64,000 nt of DNA from Klebsormidium nitens. Its lineage: Eukaryota > Plantae > Klebsormidiophyceae. Both the position numbers and the translations under genes were made by a program. Each line of letters opens with the position of its first letter. Positions within the stretch are counted from its first letter, which is position 1. The stretch is taken from assembly GCA_000708835.1 (NCBI GenBank), contig DF237324.1:9309-73308 (forward strand). Reading direction: 5' to 3'. The notes beneath the pieces are model-generated. The model was not told the DNA's origin. It saw only the letters and a list, made by a program, of their open reading frames with translations, and did no database searches. Below are positions 26,446-40,300 of the stretch, in pieces.

Positions 26446-27825
26446 GCGCATGCGAGCAGCAGTGGGTAAAAGTGCCGAGAGGGTCAAGCTGCCTCATACT
26501 CTCTAGCAAATGATCGCTCCCAAAGTGGGGCACAGTCAACCTGACACGAAATGGTTTGCTCATGCGTATGCATGGTTTATTTCAAGCGCGAATCCTACTA
26601 GATTGTTTTAATGCTTTGCTTAAGCTGATTTGCAGTTCTCGAGCTTGGGCTCTGAGTTGCATCAAGAGTTTCCTACATCTGATTGACACCCTCTTATTGA
26701 GCTGGCCGTGGTCAAGATCTGGTATCCTTTTTGGAATCAGGTCATGATGATCACTTGTGATGACCGGGTCATGTTCTAGAAAGCTGCAAGCCTCCCGTTG
26801 CCTGCCTTTATTGAGGGAGGAGCCCGAGCGATATACGTAAACAGTATCGAGGTATGGGACGGAAAGTGGATGCCTCATAGTCCAGTGGTGATGACGGTCA
26901 GAGCGGTTGAAGGATCATGGGCATGGCCTATTCAGCAAGAAGATACTCCATGTGCATGAGCGTTTGCTGATTCTGAATTCGAGGTAACTTTCCATTTATG
27001 AATCTGCTAGAAGACCTCGATCCGAGAGGGATGGATTTAATGCATGCAAAGCTCTGGAATCTGGATTTGCGAAGACTCCGAGGCGCAGGATTAAATTAGG
27101 GTCGATCCAATGGAATCTGCTCAGAATGTCGACATCTGCTATGACATCAGACACACCTGGTTTAAAACTGCGTTTTCACGGTACTGTATTTGTTATATGG
27201 CCTAACCGAGCGCTTCCATCGACGGTATTTACGCCGGTATACTGAAACGCCAGTGTGCTGCGAGGCGGTTCTCTACCTAGAGCAAGTCGGCGAGAGCCGG
27301 AAGGGCCGCCGTCGTCTGGACCGGCTCCAGAGTCCAGACGACGATCGGAAAATACCGTATGGTTAGAGGACTCGGTTTGATACGAGAATCGGAAGTTTTC
27401 GCTCTCCAGATATAGCGAATTTCTGACGCACTAGCCAGACAGATGCTTTTGCAGCGAGATCGAGCAACTCGCAAGCAATTAATTGGGCTTCAACTCGCTT
27501 CATCAAGCGCTTAAAAGCAGTGATTTGTAAGTTGTGAGTCGTGACCTTCCATGTTTCCCTTTGTTACACAATCCACCTTGTAGTTCCCCTTCACTTACAA
27601 AAGCACGGTCGGAACTTAGGAAAGCCTTTGGTAAGCTTTTACAGGAGATTATTTGCTCGCTTGTTGTTGCAGCACAATTGCGGCGCCACATATATTGATT
27701 GAGATTGTTATCCTCTTTCTAAACAGTTGGTTGGACCGTGAGAAGTTATACAAAGCCCACTTTTAGCTGACAAGAAGCCATTCTTGCTCGCGAGACTATC
27801 CCACTCACCCACAGGTCTGAACAAG

Positions 27826-28923
27826 ATGAACGGCGTCAACGCAAGTGGAAACCGGACAGGGAAAATCATGGTTATCATGCTGGTGACCGGCATGCTGGCG
27901 GCAGCGGCCAGTGTGCACCTGGGGCCTGCTCTGTACGGACGTCCGGAGGAAGCTCAGCAGCGCACGTACTCGTCCGAAGGTGCCCTCAAGAAAAGAAGTG
28001 AGTGCTGGCTTCCTCTTGGACATTTCAAGGAGGACTGCGTGATGCAGCCTTGGCCGCTGACAAAAGCAGCTTTTACCTGCACTTCTCAGACCCTCCTCTG
28101 ACGATTCTGGCGGACCGGCCGCCATGTGCAGAGCTCCTTCTTCCTCATGGTTTATCTGCATTGTGCTCGGAAATCAATTTTGTGCTATGCCTTTGAGTTA
28201 GTCAAGCTTGTTTCCAAAGTGTCTCTGCAATCGTCGGCTATCCAAAGAGAGAGGGGCTAGATGGGAGCTCTGTTTTGACCATGAGGGTTGAACGTACTGA
28301 ACCGGTATATCAGAATGGCGTCATGCGTCAGAATATATGCTTAAAAGGATAAATATACCTTGCCTTTCTCAAATAAGCCGATTCTGGACATGCTGAAGCT
28401 GCGAGCTTTCTCAAAACAAGTCTCAGTGGGCTCTGAAGAACCACAAATCTATGGGAGTGGACCGTACGTATAGCAACCTGTTTGTTCACAGCTAACCACA
28501 CAGGCTGATATGCTCAGGAGAGGGATGCTGTTAGCCCGAGTATACGTGGTACTGCTACAATATTCCTCTTCCACGAGCGGACTTTTCACTGCAGCCACAC
28601 TTTGCTCGCCATTGCAGGCGGCAGAGGTTTTCTGGGGCTTTTCCTGCGCCCCAGAAATGTCTTGCAGCTTACATTATGATCCTTCCAATGCAACAAGCAA
28701 CTCATTTCTTGTTCACGGCTGTGAAGTTCTGGCTGCTTGAAATTTTGCTTCACTTCTGGGAGGGATCAACAATTTGTGGCAGGGAGAAAGAGTGGGCATA
28801 ACTGTGGGATCATTTCGCATTTATTTGTCATTACCTTTTGTCAGCTTTCAGAGTTTCAGTGACAGACTAACTTCTTCTGCAACCATCTTTGCAGGCATGT
28901 GGTCTAAGGGCCAGAATAAGTAG
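27826..28923 (+). CDS. Small (66 aa) single-pass membrane protein
   Basis: Exon 27826-27997 (phase-1 donor GTGAGT) + exon 28895-28923 (ttgcag acceptor) gives ...KIMVIMLVTGMLAAAASVHLGPALYG...ALKKRSMWSKGQNK*. Confidence 0.6.
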
Positions 28924-30088
28924 CTTGTCACACTTTCAAGTCCCCAGCTTGGCAATGGCAGACTAGTAGTTGGAGACAATGCTGCGACAATACTAGCGTG
29001 AGTGGGGCAAATTAAGGAGGGAGCAGATAGCTTTCAGCAGTACACTTTGGAAGGTAAGATCAAATTCCAAGGGCTGACACAAATGTACATGCACATTGCA
29101 GTCTCTTTCAGTTGGCGTAGCTACCCTTGTTGGGGTAGTAACTAGACCAAACTCAGGTCTCCATACTCTGAAAATTGCTGCACTTGTCATTGCATTCATG
29201 CAATACATTTCACTCAAATCTCCCGCCTCATTCTGTCTGTCTTTGTTGCAGGTTCCCCACATTGACTACATCAAATGTGGTGCAGAGAATGCCACAGACA
29301 TTCCACAATTTGTCTGCTGCCTGTAGAAGTAGCGGTTGAGCTCATTTCGTCGCAATTAGCGGTTGAGCTTTAGCACCAACGGCAAGTGTTCTGCCATTTA
29401 CAATTAAATTGGGTTTTAGTCACTTTTCTGAGGAGGAGTTTCGTGCGGAATAAAAGTACCGCAGTCTGTAACCGGTCACCGTGGCTGGGGTCAGACTGCG
29501 ATGCCGCCCCCTGCGGTTGGAGGGCTGCACAAGCCCTTCGATCACTACACCAGTCTCTCAGAGATACCCAAGCCAGGTCAGCCCCCTCTGATACGACAGA
29601 CCGCCGACGGGAACTTCTGGTTGTTGACTTGTTTGGCTGTGGTAAAGATTGATGCGTTGAAAGCTTGACTCAACCTCAGCGTCCTGTTGTCATGAGGGGC
29701 CATCGTCGAGGAAGCTCTCTAGGAGTTCCCGAAAGTTTACATCTACATCTCCATTTGTACTTTCTCCTCCTCCTTTCTCCATGTCAAGCGAAGCCGGTTC
29801 CGATCTGACCATGTACAAGAAAGACAGCTTCTCATTTCTCTTTTTCTTGCTCGTAAGGCTCTAGAAAGAGTAGTGACTGAAGCTGTTTCCGAGAAACGTT
29901 GTCCAGCTAGGCCTTCCCTCAAGCCTTGTTCGCAAGCCACACTATCATCCTCGGATCTTGGCATACGACCCCAGGTCTAGATGCAAGGTTTCAGGATCTT
30001 AGGGCTTTGGGGCACGATGAATTTGAGGGGCTTCCACGCGGCAGTTTACGGTACAGAACTGCGCTCAAAAGCGACTTTGCCAATGCAG

Positions 30089-33000
30089 AGCTGCCGATAG
30101 CGGAGATCCTAAAGGAGGCGCACACGCGCTGGCTGCGGCCTTTGGAGGTATACGACATTCTGAGCAACTATCAGCACTACAACTTCAAGCTCAACAAGGA
30201 GGCTCCCGTCCTGCCTAAGAGTGAGCATGCCTTTGCAACCACGTTCTTGCCGCCTGGAAGTCGTAGGGGGTTGCGTTTTATCTATGAGAACCTGTTGCTC
30301 TCGTATCCTGCATTCCGTTTCTTGTACTGTGGGGGTTTACGCTGCGACCCTGAGATTGGACGATCATAAATGTATAAAGACGTTAATGGCATCTAGTAGT
30401 CCCGAATGCTTCATGGGTGTCTCCTTTACTTGGATTAAAAGCAAATGGATTGTCGAGAGCTTCTCCAGTGTCGTAAGACAGCGGCTTCGTTGGCCTCACC
30501 CTCACCATCCGGCTTTGGCGCATGCGCAGGCGGGCAGCTGTACCTGTTTGACCGCAAGGAGGTGCGCTACTTCCGAAAGGACGGCCACGTGTGGACCAAG
30601 AAGAAGGACGGCAAGGCGGTGCAGGAGGCGCACGAGAAGCTCAAGGTGCCCCGCCGCAATCTTGGGTTGGCGTTTGGGATTAAGGGTTTGGAATTTTAGT
30701 TCCTTCAAGTCTCAAAACTTCAACTCCCAAACTGTTGTAGCCCGGCAGGCAACCCTCACGTGTCCAAGCGAAGGCTGGCCGGTCCTTTCGAAGTTTTTGG
30801 CCAGTCGGTGTTCTGTGGTTCCTCCCGGGTTATTGAGCGGCCCGTGTTTTGAAGTCGATGTCAGGCTAGCGGCCAGGTTGGCAGTTGACAGGATTCCGCA
30901 GCAGTGGGCGCTCACTTGGGCGTTAACTACCGCCGGGCTGACGCTTAACGAGAATACAAAGTGCGACTTCAGAAGCCGTTTAGTTTGGCGGCCACCGCTT
31001 CCTGCGGTAAGGCAGAATCTGCTTTCACCTACTATTTTGTTCCAATTCGACACTGGTTGTAAATATGGGGTGTGGTCCTGACGCCTTGTGTAACTTTGTG
31101 CAGGTGGGAAGCCTTGAGATCCTGCACTGCTACTATGCGCACTCGGAGAAGGACGACCGCTTCCAGCGCCGCTGCTACTGGATGCTGGACGAGTGAGATT
31201 TTGCCTCTGCATTTCTTTGTTCTTGCCTCCCTCACCATGACTGCCTGTTCAGCTCGACCCTGCCGGACTCTGTCGTCGCCTCTCCCCAGCTTGACGGAAC
31301 CCGCAGAAAGAGGGAGGGCACGGGTGTCCAAGCAGAATGCTTTCGTGCTTCGACGGCCTTTATCACACATAGAAGGCCACTTCACTTTCGTCAACTGTGG
31401 CCTGATAGTGCCAAGGCGGTTCTACGGGGTGTCTGAGTGGGCTCACGTGCTCCAATCATAAGCTGCCAACAATTTTTGACGCCCTGATCTGTATGTTATC
31501 TGACAGTGCTCCTCTTCACGTGCAGAGCGCGTGAACGCGTGGTCCTGGTGCATTATCTACAGGTTACTGAGGTGAGCGCAACCTCCGTGCCACAGCGGGG
31601 CTACTGTCTGTGTTGTCAAGTTTCTGCTCCGGGCTGTGGATTTTGGCCGTGTTAAAGCGGACCTTCTGTGCCTTTTCGACCACAGACATTTTCCCCTTTG
31701 GGGCGGTCTGGTAATGATAAAGGTCACCCATTTGTATCTCTGTCATAATTCGCTTGATAAGCTGCGAAGAGACGTCTAGCCAGACACTTTGTCAGTGTGC
31801 TTTGTCATTGATTTCATTCTTTTCCCTTCACTCTCTTTCATTGTTGATTGGTTGAGAACGGTTTTTGCAAACGGTAAGGTCTTTTGGCAAGTCTCGATCG
31901 AGGTTTGACGCAGTTACTGCTGAATCGCCTGGCACGCATCTTCCCCGATCAGGTCATGCACCGTGCTTTCTCCCCTTCCCGATCCAAGATGGAGCTTTGC
32001 CTCAAACTTGAAATTGTTTAAATGCGCAGGCGGCCCACCCCGGGGATCACCTCCAGCCCCTTGGCCTGCTCCCGCGCAAGGCGCTACTGCACCCGGTGAA
32101 GCGCATCCCGGCCAGCGAGAGCAGCCAGGGCAGCGAGTCAGAGGAGGACCGCGCGTCGCCCAACGCCGTTTTGCCACACCCGGCGCGGCCGCGAAAGGCC
32201 CTTCCGAAGCGCCACAGTTTCGCCGGGGGTCACAAGGGCACCAAGCGGCACGCCGACGACGGCGAGGGGATCCCCGCGGACCCGCATCGGGTGCCAAAGT
32301 CGGAGCCGGCGTCGGACGGGTCGAGCCAGGGCACCGGGAAAGCGCGCCGGCATGGGGAGGAGGGGAACGGGGCGCAGGCGCGGGGGGAGAACCAGGAAAC
32401 GGGGCTGACGAAGCAAGGGTCGCAGGATCTGACGAGCGTGGGGGGTGCGCTGGAGGCGGCAGTGCGCGACGGGGTGTTCCAAATGGAGGTCGATATGTCG
32501 CGGCCCAATGGGGGCGCTGCGCTGGACGCGCTGGGAGACGTCGCGTGGCAAGACTGGCAGCAGCAGCAAAAAGTTTCTGCAGCGGGGGGGTATCCTTGGG
32601 ATGTGCCTGCCGGCCCCCCAAGCTGGCCCGTGGCTCCGGAAACGACGGCGCCGTTTCCGTGGGACCCGCGGGAAGAGCCGTGGCAGGGGTTGCCTCGTCA
32701 GGAGTCCGCCGGAAATTTAGCGCCGCCGCCCCCGCTTCTTCTTCCCGCCGACCCGGGGGCGGCGACCGGCATGGAGTTGTGGGATGCCAACAACTGGGGA
32801 GGGGCGCCCCCCCTCGAGGGTGCGAGCGAGGCCGCGTTGTGGCTCAAGGGAGAGGACGAGCGCGCGCCGGCGGCGCAGATGGTCCCGGTTACCAGCGCAG
32901 ACGTGGCGCCAAATGCGGTGCTGTTGAACACGCCGTCGGGCGACTGGACCGCCAGCTGGAGCGGCGGCACGCCCGCGGCCGCTCTAGATCTCTCGCGCGC

Positions 33001-36000
33001 GTGGCCCGACGCCGCGCGCACCTCTTGGCCGCCCGCCGGCGCCCCCCCCAGCGTTTGGGTCCCCACGCAACCACCCCCGGCCCACGAAATGCCAATCGTT
33101 CACGAGCCCGGGCCCGCGACCGGAGCGCCCTCGGGGAAGCCCCCCCGGCCGCCGTCGCTGCCGCGGCTGCGGCCGCTCAAGAACTTACGGGCGCTCGCGG
33201 TGCCGGACGGGGCCGCGCATTCGGGGGTCGGGGTGGGGTCCCCGTTTCTCGTGCCGGAGTCGCCGACGGTCGTCCAGGTATTGCGGGAGATGCACACAGA
33301 CGCGGGCAGCCGGCCGGGCTCGGCGGCGCCCATTCCGGAGGAGGCCGAGCGGAATGAGTTTGAGGAGCGGAAGGATGAGGAAGGGGCGCAGATGGAGGAG
33401 GCGGGGCCGGACGAGCGGGCCGGGGGGCACGCCAGGAGCGCAGGCCAGCAGCTGCCGTGGTTCGAGATCCAGGATTGCAGCCCGGAGTGGGACTACTCCG
33501 TCGGAGGTGCGAAGGTACGTGGTCGACATTTTTTGTTGCTTCTACTCAGATAATGCACTGTTCGCAGGTTCCAGGCGTCTAGTCAAACGGTGACTAGCTC
33601 AGGTCCTGGAGGCTTGTTCCATGGACCGGCTCAGACTCTTGAGGCGTGTTCCTTGGTTGGCTCAGATCCTGGATGTGGATGTGGAGTGCCGGTGTTGTTC
33701 TGTCACTCTACTATGTGGCTGGACACGCTGCTGCTGTCGTTGTTTCCGCCTTCACACTTCCCAATCCCTTCGACCCATCTGCTCCCGTACCTCCGCACTG
33801 TTTCTCCTACCGCTCACTCCGCGCCTTTCTCTTTTGCCAGGTACTGCTTGTTGGCACGTGGCACCTCCCCGACGACTCTCCGCCCGGCGCGAGCGACGAC
33901 TTCCGCGCGTCCGTCACGTTCGGCGGCGCCGAGGTTCCCGCGGAACCGGTTGGGCCTTGCTTGCGATGCACCGCGCCCGCGCACATGCCGGGTCGCGTTC
34001 CGCTGTGCGTAACCTTTGGCGAGAACCAGCCCGCGAGCGCTTCGCGCGAGTTCGAGTACCGCCCAAGTCCGGTTGCGTACGTCACGCGCCGCAGCGCCGC
34101 TGGGGGGGGCGCGCTTGCGGTCGAGGACGCGGTGGACGAGGACGACGATGCGGCGCTACAGGTGCGGCGTGTGGGCATATTTGCTTTGACTCTGTAAAGG
34201 ATAAGTCCAGTCAACGACAAGCTCTCGACCTAACGAAACTACCCAGTTCGGACATCTACGCAACCCGCACTCGCACCCACCCTAAGCCCCTGACTGGCTC
34301 CATCCCTCCCAGGACTGTCCTTTTGTTGTTCTGTAGGTTAGCTTTCACTGCATTCGTCGAAATTGAGAGAGCAACTCCCGTTGCTCAGCTGGTACGGCTC
34401 TCAAAATGATGATTTGCCTTCAGAACAATGCCTCCAGTGATTTCGAAACTGGGCTTAGCTCACCTCGTTGTTTCTCCCGTGCTCTTCTGAAGTTGAAGAG
34501 GGGACGGACCACCGACTGGCGCCCCGTATGACGCTCCTGTGTCTGCTACCGACGAGCCCGCTGTGCCAACAGAATCTAATTTGTTCTGTCGTTGCAGGTG
34601 CGGCTCGCGCGATTGTTGCTCGAGGGGGGTGCCGGCGAGGGGGGGAACAGCGACGGGGAAGAGTGGGAGGAGTTGCTGCGCACCGAGCGCGTGACCGGGT
34701 GCGTGCAGGACGGTCTCCTGCAGCGGGTCCTCCGTCACGTGTTGCATTTATGGCTCGCGCGCGCAGGCCAGGGGGATCCCCTAACGTACGACGGGTACGC
34801 GCCGTTTGGCCGGGCGGGAGACGCGGCGCCAGGCGGGTTAACAGGTCTAAACGAGGTCGGTTTAAGCGCGCTGCACATGGCGGCGGCGCTCGGGTACGAG
34901 TGGGCGGTTACGGCACTTGTCGATGCAGGGTGCCCGGTGGATTTGAAGGACGCGCGGGGGCGCACCGCGCTGCACTGGGCGGCCGCGCGCGGGCGCGAGA
35001 AGGTGGTTGCGCAGCTGCTGACGCACGGCGCGGCGCCCGGGATGCTGGCCACGAAAGGCGGGTGCACGCCCGCGGACCTCGCCGCTACGTGCGGGCACGC
35101 GGGGATTGCGGCGTTCCTCGCGGAGTGCGCGCTCAACCGGAGCCTGAGCAACATGACGATCAACGAGGACATGGCGGCCGCGAGCGACGCAGCCGAGGCG
35201 GGCGCCGCCGCGGTCGCGGTCGCGACGGGCAGCCAGGGCGTGCCGCGTGGCAGCGATGCGGGGCTCGAGAACGCGCTCGAGGCGGTGCGCAACGCGGCCC
35301 GCGCGGCCGCGCTGATTCAGAGCGCGTACCGGCGACGGCGGCGGCAGCGGCAGCAGAGGGCGCAGCAGGGGCGGATTCCGGGGGAGGGCGAGCGGGACGA
35401 GGCAGCGGACGGAATGAACGGAATGGCGGGGGGGGTGGAGGAGCAGCAGAAGATGGAGACGGAGCATCAGGCGGCCACACGCATTCAGGGCGCGTTCCGC
35501 AAATTCGCAGACCGGAAAGAGTTCCTGAGCTTCCGGAACAAGGTGGTGCGACTGCAGGTGAGGGTCTGCACCCGAGCTCTGGACTTCAATCGGGCCAGTA
35601 TGGGTTGACTGTAAAGGAAAGGGTTTGGGTGTGGCTTCACCCTTAACGGCCCAATATAGAGGGAGCTCACACTTCATCAGGGGCATTCGGGTGCAGTCGA
35701 TTTACATGCTTTGTTTCCATGAGAACCTAACCAAGGCACTCGCTTACAAGGCTATCGCGGTTGATAGCAAGTGCTCATACCTAAACCCCTTTCTTCTTTC
35801 TTTTCCGAGAGGTTTTTGGGAACTGAACCGCCTGCCTTGATTAGAAGCTCGAGGGCTCGAGAGTATGCTTTGCTAAAGAACTGCGACGCGAGCACAACAT
35901 CTCACCACGTATTGCTCGTATAAAACGCATATTGTTCTTTGGGCACTCATGACCAGGAGTCCGTATTTTGTAAGAGGAAGCTGTCCGTATTAATTCAGGG

Positions 36001-36445
36001 GCGTACGTGTCATGAACGTGTCACCCTGTTTATGTTGCAGGCTGCCGTGCGCGGCTACCTCCAACGACAAAAGTACCGTCGCATGCTGATTGGTGGCGCG
36101 TACGGGTGGCGCCTGCGGAGCGCGGACAAGCGGCCGCGCTCCGCAAGGTACCACGTGGACGAGACTGAGCTGCCACCGCTGCCGAGCCCGCTCGGAGAAG
36201 CTGCTGGGGAGGAGTGGCGTAACGTTGGGGGGACCGATTCAAATTATGCGCTTGACCGCGCAGTCACAAGGGTTCAAGCGATGGTCCGGTCGCGCCAAGC
36301 TCGAGCGCAGTACTTGCGACTGCGCCAGGCGTCGCAGTCAATGCAGGTGGAGCATTGGCAGCATCAGCATGGCGTCATGCAAGAGCCGCACGTGCGGTTC
36401 GCCGAGGCCTCGGACGTGTTTGACCCGAGCGTTTATCTCGTATGA
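30089..36445 (+). CDS. CAMTA: Calmodulin-binding transcription activator (CG-1, TIG, ankyrin, IQ); start exon not securely located upstream of 30089
   Basis: Exons 30089-30220, 30530-30645, 31104-31192, 31526-31571, 32030-33514, 33841-34161, 34598-35557, 36041-36445, phase-compatible. CG-1 motifs RWLRPLEV, LFDRKEVRYFRKDGH, HCYYAH, FQRRCYWML, VLVHY; TIG IQDCSPEWDY; ankyrin GRTALHWAAARGREKVVAQL; IQ motifs IQSAYR, IQGAFR, LQAAVRG. Confidence 0.93.
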
Positions 36446-37386
36446 ATTATATTGCATAGTACATATACTGGTGCCTCTCAGGTCTGCAATTTTATATGAT
36501 AAGATATATTGTGGCATTTTTGTCGAGGCAATAAGGTGTTGAGGTCCTTTAGAAAGGTCAGCGTCCGCATGGACAGTGGTTGTGCTAGACACACCACCAT
36601 AGCATGCCTGACGACAGTGGCAAGTGTTTCTGCTTTTAAGTTGGACAATGATTCAGATCTTCTCATGCAACTAAGATATATCAAGTCTGAAAACATACAT
36701 GCATAGTTTGCGATGATCGATGCATGCAAAACTATTGTGATCGAGGCAGGCACCTGCAATTAACACCGGGGTAAACCGCGAATCATGCAACTGTTGCTCG
36801 AAATTAGATGGTTCAACATGAAGATCTATAGCTGGCCGAGAATCCGGATGCAGCGCGGTGCTAGCGGCATACCTAGGGGCATTTTTCCGGCCCGCAAAAT
36901 CGAATATATACATGCATGCATGCATGCCGCATGGCCGGATGCAGATCAACCTGGCTACGAATGATGCCGGCATACTTATTTGATGCTGCACGATATATAG
37001 GTACCCGTACTATGCTCTGTAAGAGCATCAAACCTTTACAGAGCAGGTCTTCAAGTTAGCTAGGACTCAGCAAGGTCTACAACATGATAAACAGATCCAC
37101 GATGACAATGACAAATACTTCTCCAGAAGGAAGGACGCTAAAACGGGAACTGAAAACCATGCAGCCTAATCTGCTTGCCAGCTGAGACGTGCTAACATTG
37201 CACCAAGCAGTGTATCCGACTTTACATTCAGTAGATGCCTGGAAAACCTTACCTTACTAAGAATATGTTTCCAGTTGACGTTGATTTGGAAAGGCATGCG
37301 TTTCGTTCCACGTTCATCATTATATACAAAACCGCTTATTAGAGACTCAACCTCGCTTGTTGGTTGACAAGACAGACCCTCCGAAC

Positions 37387-40300
37387 TCATAATTGCTGAG
37401 TCGTGACAAACGGCTGTGCCCGGCTCACGGGCAGCGCATATGTCCCATTTGCCGCGATGGCCAAGTCTTCCGAGGCATGGGAATCCCCGTTCGTTTCAAG
37501 AGCGGGCTCCACAGTAAGCATCCCATCCATAGGCGCCGGCCCCTGACCCTGTGAATCCAGGATGTGACGCACCCGCTCGATGATCTTCTCCTTCGTGCCT
37601 GACGTTTTCTGCCCTTGCGAGAGGAGAAAGTTGCGGATGACCGCCGTGGGTAAAGTGTCCAGGCTGCCGCTGTGGTGCTTCTCCTGGACCTGCAAGCATC
37701 ACAACGCCCAACCTGCTGACGCGTCTAGAGAGACGGCACGTATCGTTCCATTTAGTATATTACACGATCTTTGTACTAAAGGGTGCGGAGGCGTTCTATA
37801 GGACTGTGCCCTTTCACGTATGCGCAGTGTGTTTCGTCTGTACATTGATGAGCCTGTTCAAGGAGGAGCCCGGAACTCATACGCTCGAGAGTACCGCCCT
37901 GACTACTCAGAAACGATAAGCAAGCAGGCGGGATGAACCTTTAGCTTTCCAGAAATCACGAGGTGGCCCCTCCAGTAAGATGAAGTCGAAAGGGAGACGG
38001 TATGCAGCACTTCAGAGAAGGTTTCTCTCTCCAAAGCAGTGATTGTGTTACATTCCAAAGCAGCAGCCCCACCGTTTGTGCGGCCTGCGCAATCCTCTCC
38101 GCAGGGCTGAGGTGCTCCCGCTCCAAAATGACTAGTGACAGGATGGGAAGAAATTACAAAGGCCCGTACTCCGCAAAGAGGCCCGTCCCTCTAACATGAG
38201 AGTGACAAGGAAGAAGATCTATTAGACTTTAACGACAGTTACACCTTCGAAAGCACGAAATGTCTGAAGTATCTGAGGTGGCAGCCCTACCGTCTGTGCG
38301 TCCTGCGCGATCCTCTCCGCAGGGCTGAGGTGCTCCCGCTCCATCCGCTGCAAGCGCTTCTTGGTCAGCTTCGGGGGCTCCACTCTCTGCACGCATCGAG
38401 AGGCTGCACTTTCAGACGGGAACTCGAGCGGGATCCTTTAGAAAAGCGAGCTGACAAGCGCTTCTTAGTCAGCTTCGGGGGCTCCACTCTCTGCACACGC
38501 CAAGAGGCTTTTCAGACGGGAACTAGAGCGGGATGCTTCAGAAAAGCGAACTGACAAGCGCTTCTTGGTCAGCTTCGGAGGCTCCACTCTCTGCACACAA
38601 CGAGAGGCTGCACTTTCAGACGGGGACTAAATGCTTCAGAGAAGCGAGCTGACTAGCGGAGCCTGCGGTTCCTTCGTAAGCGTCCGCGCCGATCAACATT
38701 GCTAAACAGGTGAACACTCCGGCATGGCAGGTTATGCTTGGGTTACTGAGTACGTTTGGAACTGTCACAGGGTGTTCAGAGGGTTAAGCGGTTAACCATT
38801 AATCAAGTAACACAGGACGACCACCTTTCAGTTGATGCAGACCCCGACCTTTGTAGAAGCAGGTCGCAACCAAATGTTATCCTATTGAAAGCAAAACATC
38901 TTTGTGCCAAATCAGAGGCTCCCTTACAGTGTCAAGGAAATGTGTACCGGCTTCCAGGGACGATGTAACGCTATCTGCTCTTGGTCTGCTCATCTTCTTC
39001 AACAGCTTTGAAGATCTTGGAACTGTATTTGCGTATCATACAGCAGTTGCCCCAGAAGCTCTGCCCCGGTACAGAAGCCAATATACAAGCTTGTCAAAAC
39101 GGACTGTTCAACATCAATTGCGCAAGTTGAAGCTCTTCCCCCATCTGACGACCTCCCATAAAGAGAAGCAAACAGGCATGAATCATCTTGACCACTGGTC
39201 CTAAAAGACCATTAGAACGAGGCCTATCAAATCAGGCGACCCGGATTCCTTTTAAGAATGTCGAACGTTCGTTCATGGGATGAGAGAAGTGTGAATACGC
39301 TCTCTAGTCGGACACTCGATGCCAAGATTCTTGTTGGCGGTTTCCATCGGGAGATCTGATTACCAAAAAGGGTGCTCTCAGTAAACTGGGATCCTGAACA
39401 GAGGAGATGTGGATACGCACTCTTGTTGGAATGTTGATGCCGCACTCCTTCTTGGCCGTTTCCATACGGGGATCCCCCAACAAATGCCGCAGCAGGGGCG
39501 CCTCCAATTTCGGGTCTCCTCGGCACGCGTTCTTGAATTGGGTGATGACATCATCTGGACTCGAAGAAAAGTGGCATGATGAGACAAAGGACGCTGAATG
39601 TAGTGTTGTCCAGCAATTGGTTGTGATGATCGCTCCAGATAGGGGCAGATGGCGCGAAACTAGCGGCAATAAAGGTGGGCTTTTTGCTCATAATTGCGGG
39701 CAGCGAATCAATTCTCCTTTGGGAGGATTTTCTGCCAAGAGCAGCTGTTGGAGTAAATTGTCTGGATACGAATAAGCGAGAGATGCGGTAAGATACGCCT
39801 TAATAGCAGAGGTGCAGATACTGTAGGCCTATATTTTTGGGGGCAGGCTTGTCAACATGAGCAGATACAAACCCACCCATTGTCTCAAAGTGTGCCAAAG
39901 TGGATTATGAATTAAGTCAGACCAAGGGCCAGGGCATTCTGCCTACCTAAAAAGGAGTCTTCAGCGGTGACCCAACAGCCTGTTCTGAAGACAGAAAGTA
40001 TAGCCTGACGCATGCATCATATAAATCTCTTTTGCTTTCTCCCAACGCACAGCAAGGAACATGGTAAATTGGGCATGGTGTATGCATTTGAATTTGTCCA
40101 ATCTCAACACATTACCGTTCTGACTGACCGAAAATAGTTACACAGAAGCAGACTGCGCCAACACTGGGGCAGCTCAATTTAGAACTTGACCTTCTGACAA
40201 GTCTGAGAGAGTCGGACTATCCTTGATGGGTTAGCAGGTAAAGTCATGATGCTTCCAAGAAGCTACATCAGAGCACAGAATGTGATCGGCCTGATGGTTG

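Noticed and set aside
26560-27480. Coding-looking minus-strand fragments
   Set aside because: Multiple stops, no consistent splice model or motif.
29780-30088. Candidate CAMTA start codons (~29781, ~29981)
   Set aside because: No donor site giving the required phase 1 could be assigned with confidence.
31914-35686. Many long overlapping or antisense ORFs (e.g. 31963-33357, 34468-35646, 34862-35686)
   Set aside because: Shadow frames of GC-rich CAMTA exons; Arg/Gly/Ala-rich with no motifs.
38354-38658. Regularly spaced repeats resembling a CRISPR array (also 46410-47030, 62530-63190)
   Set aside because: Eukaryotic introns, no unique spacers, no cas genes; the units are copies of splice junctions.
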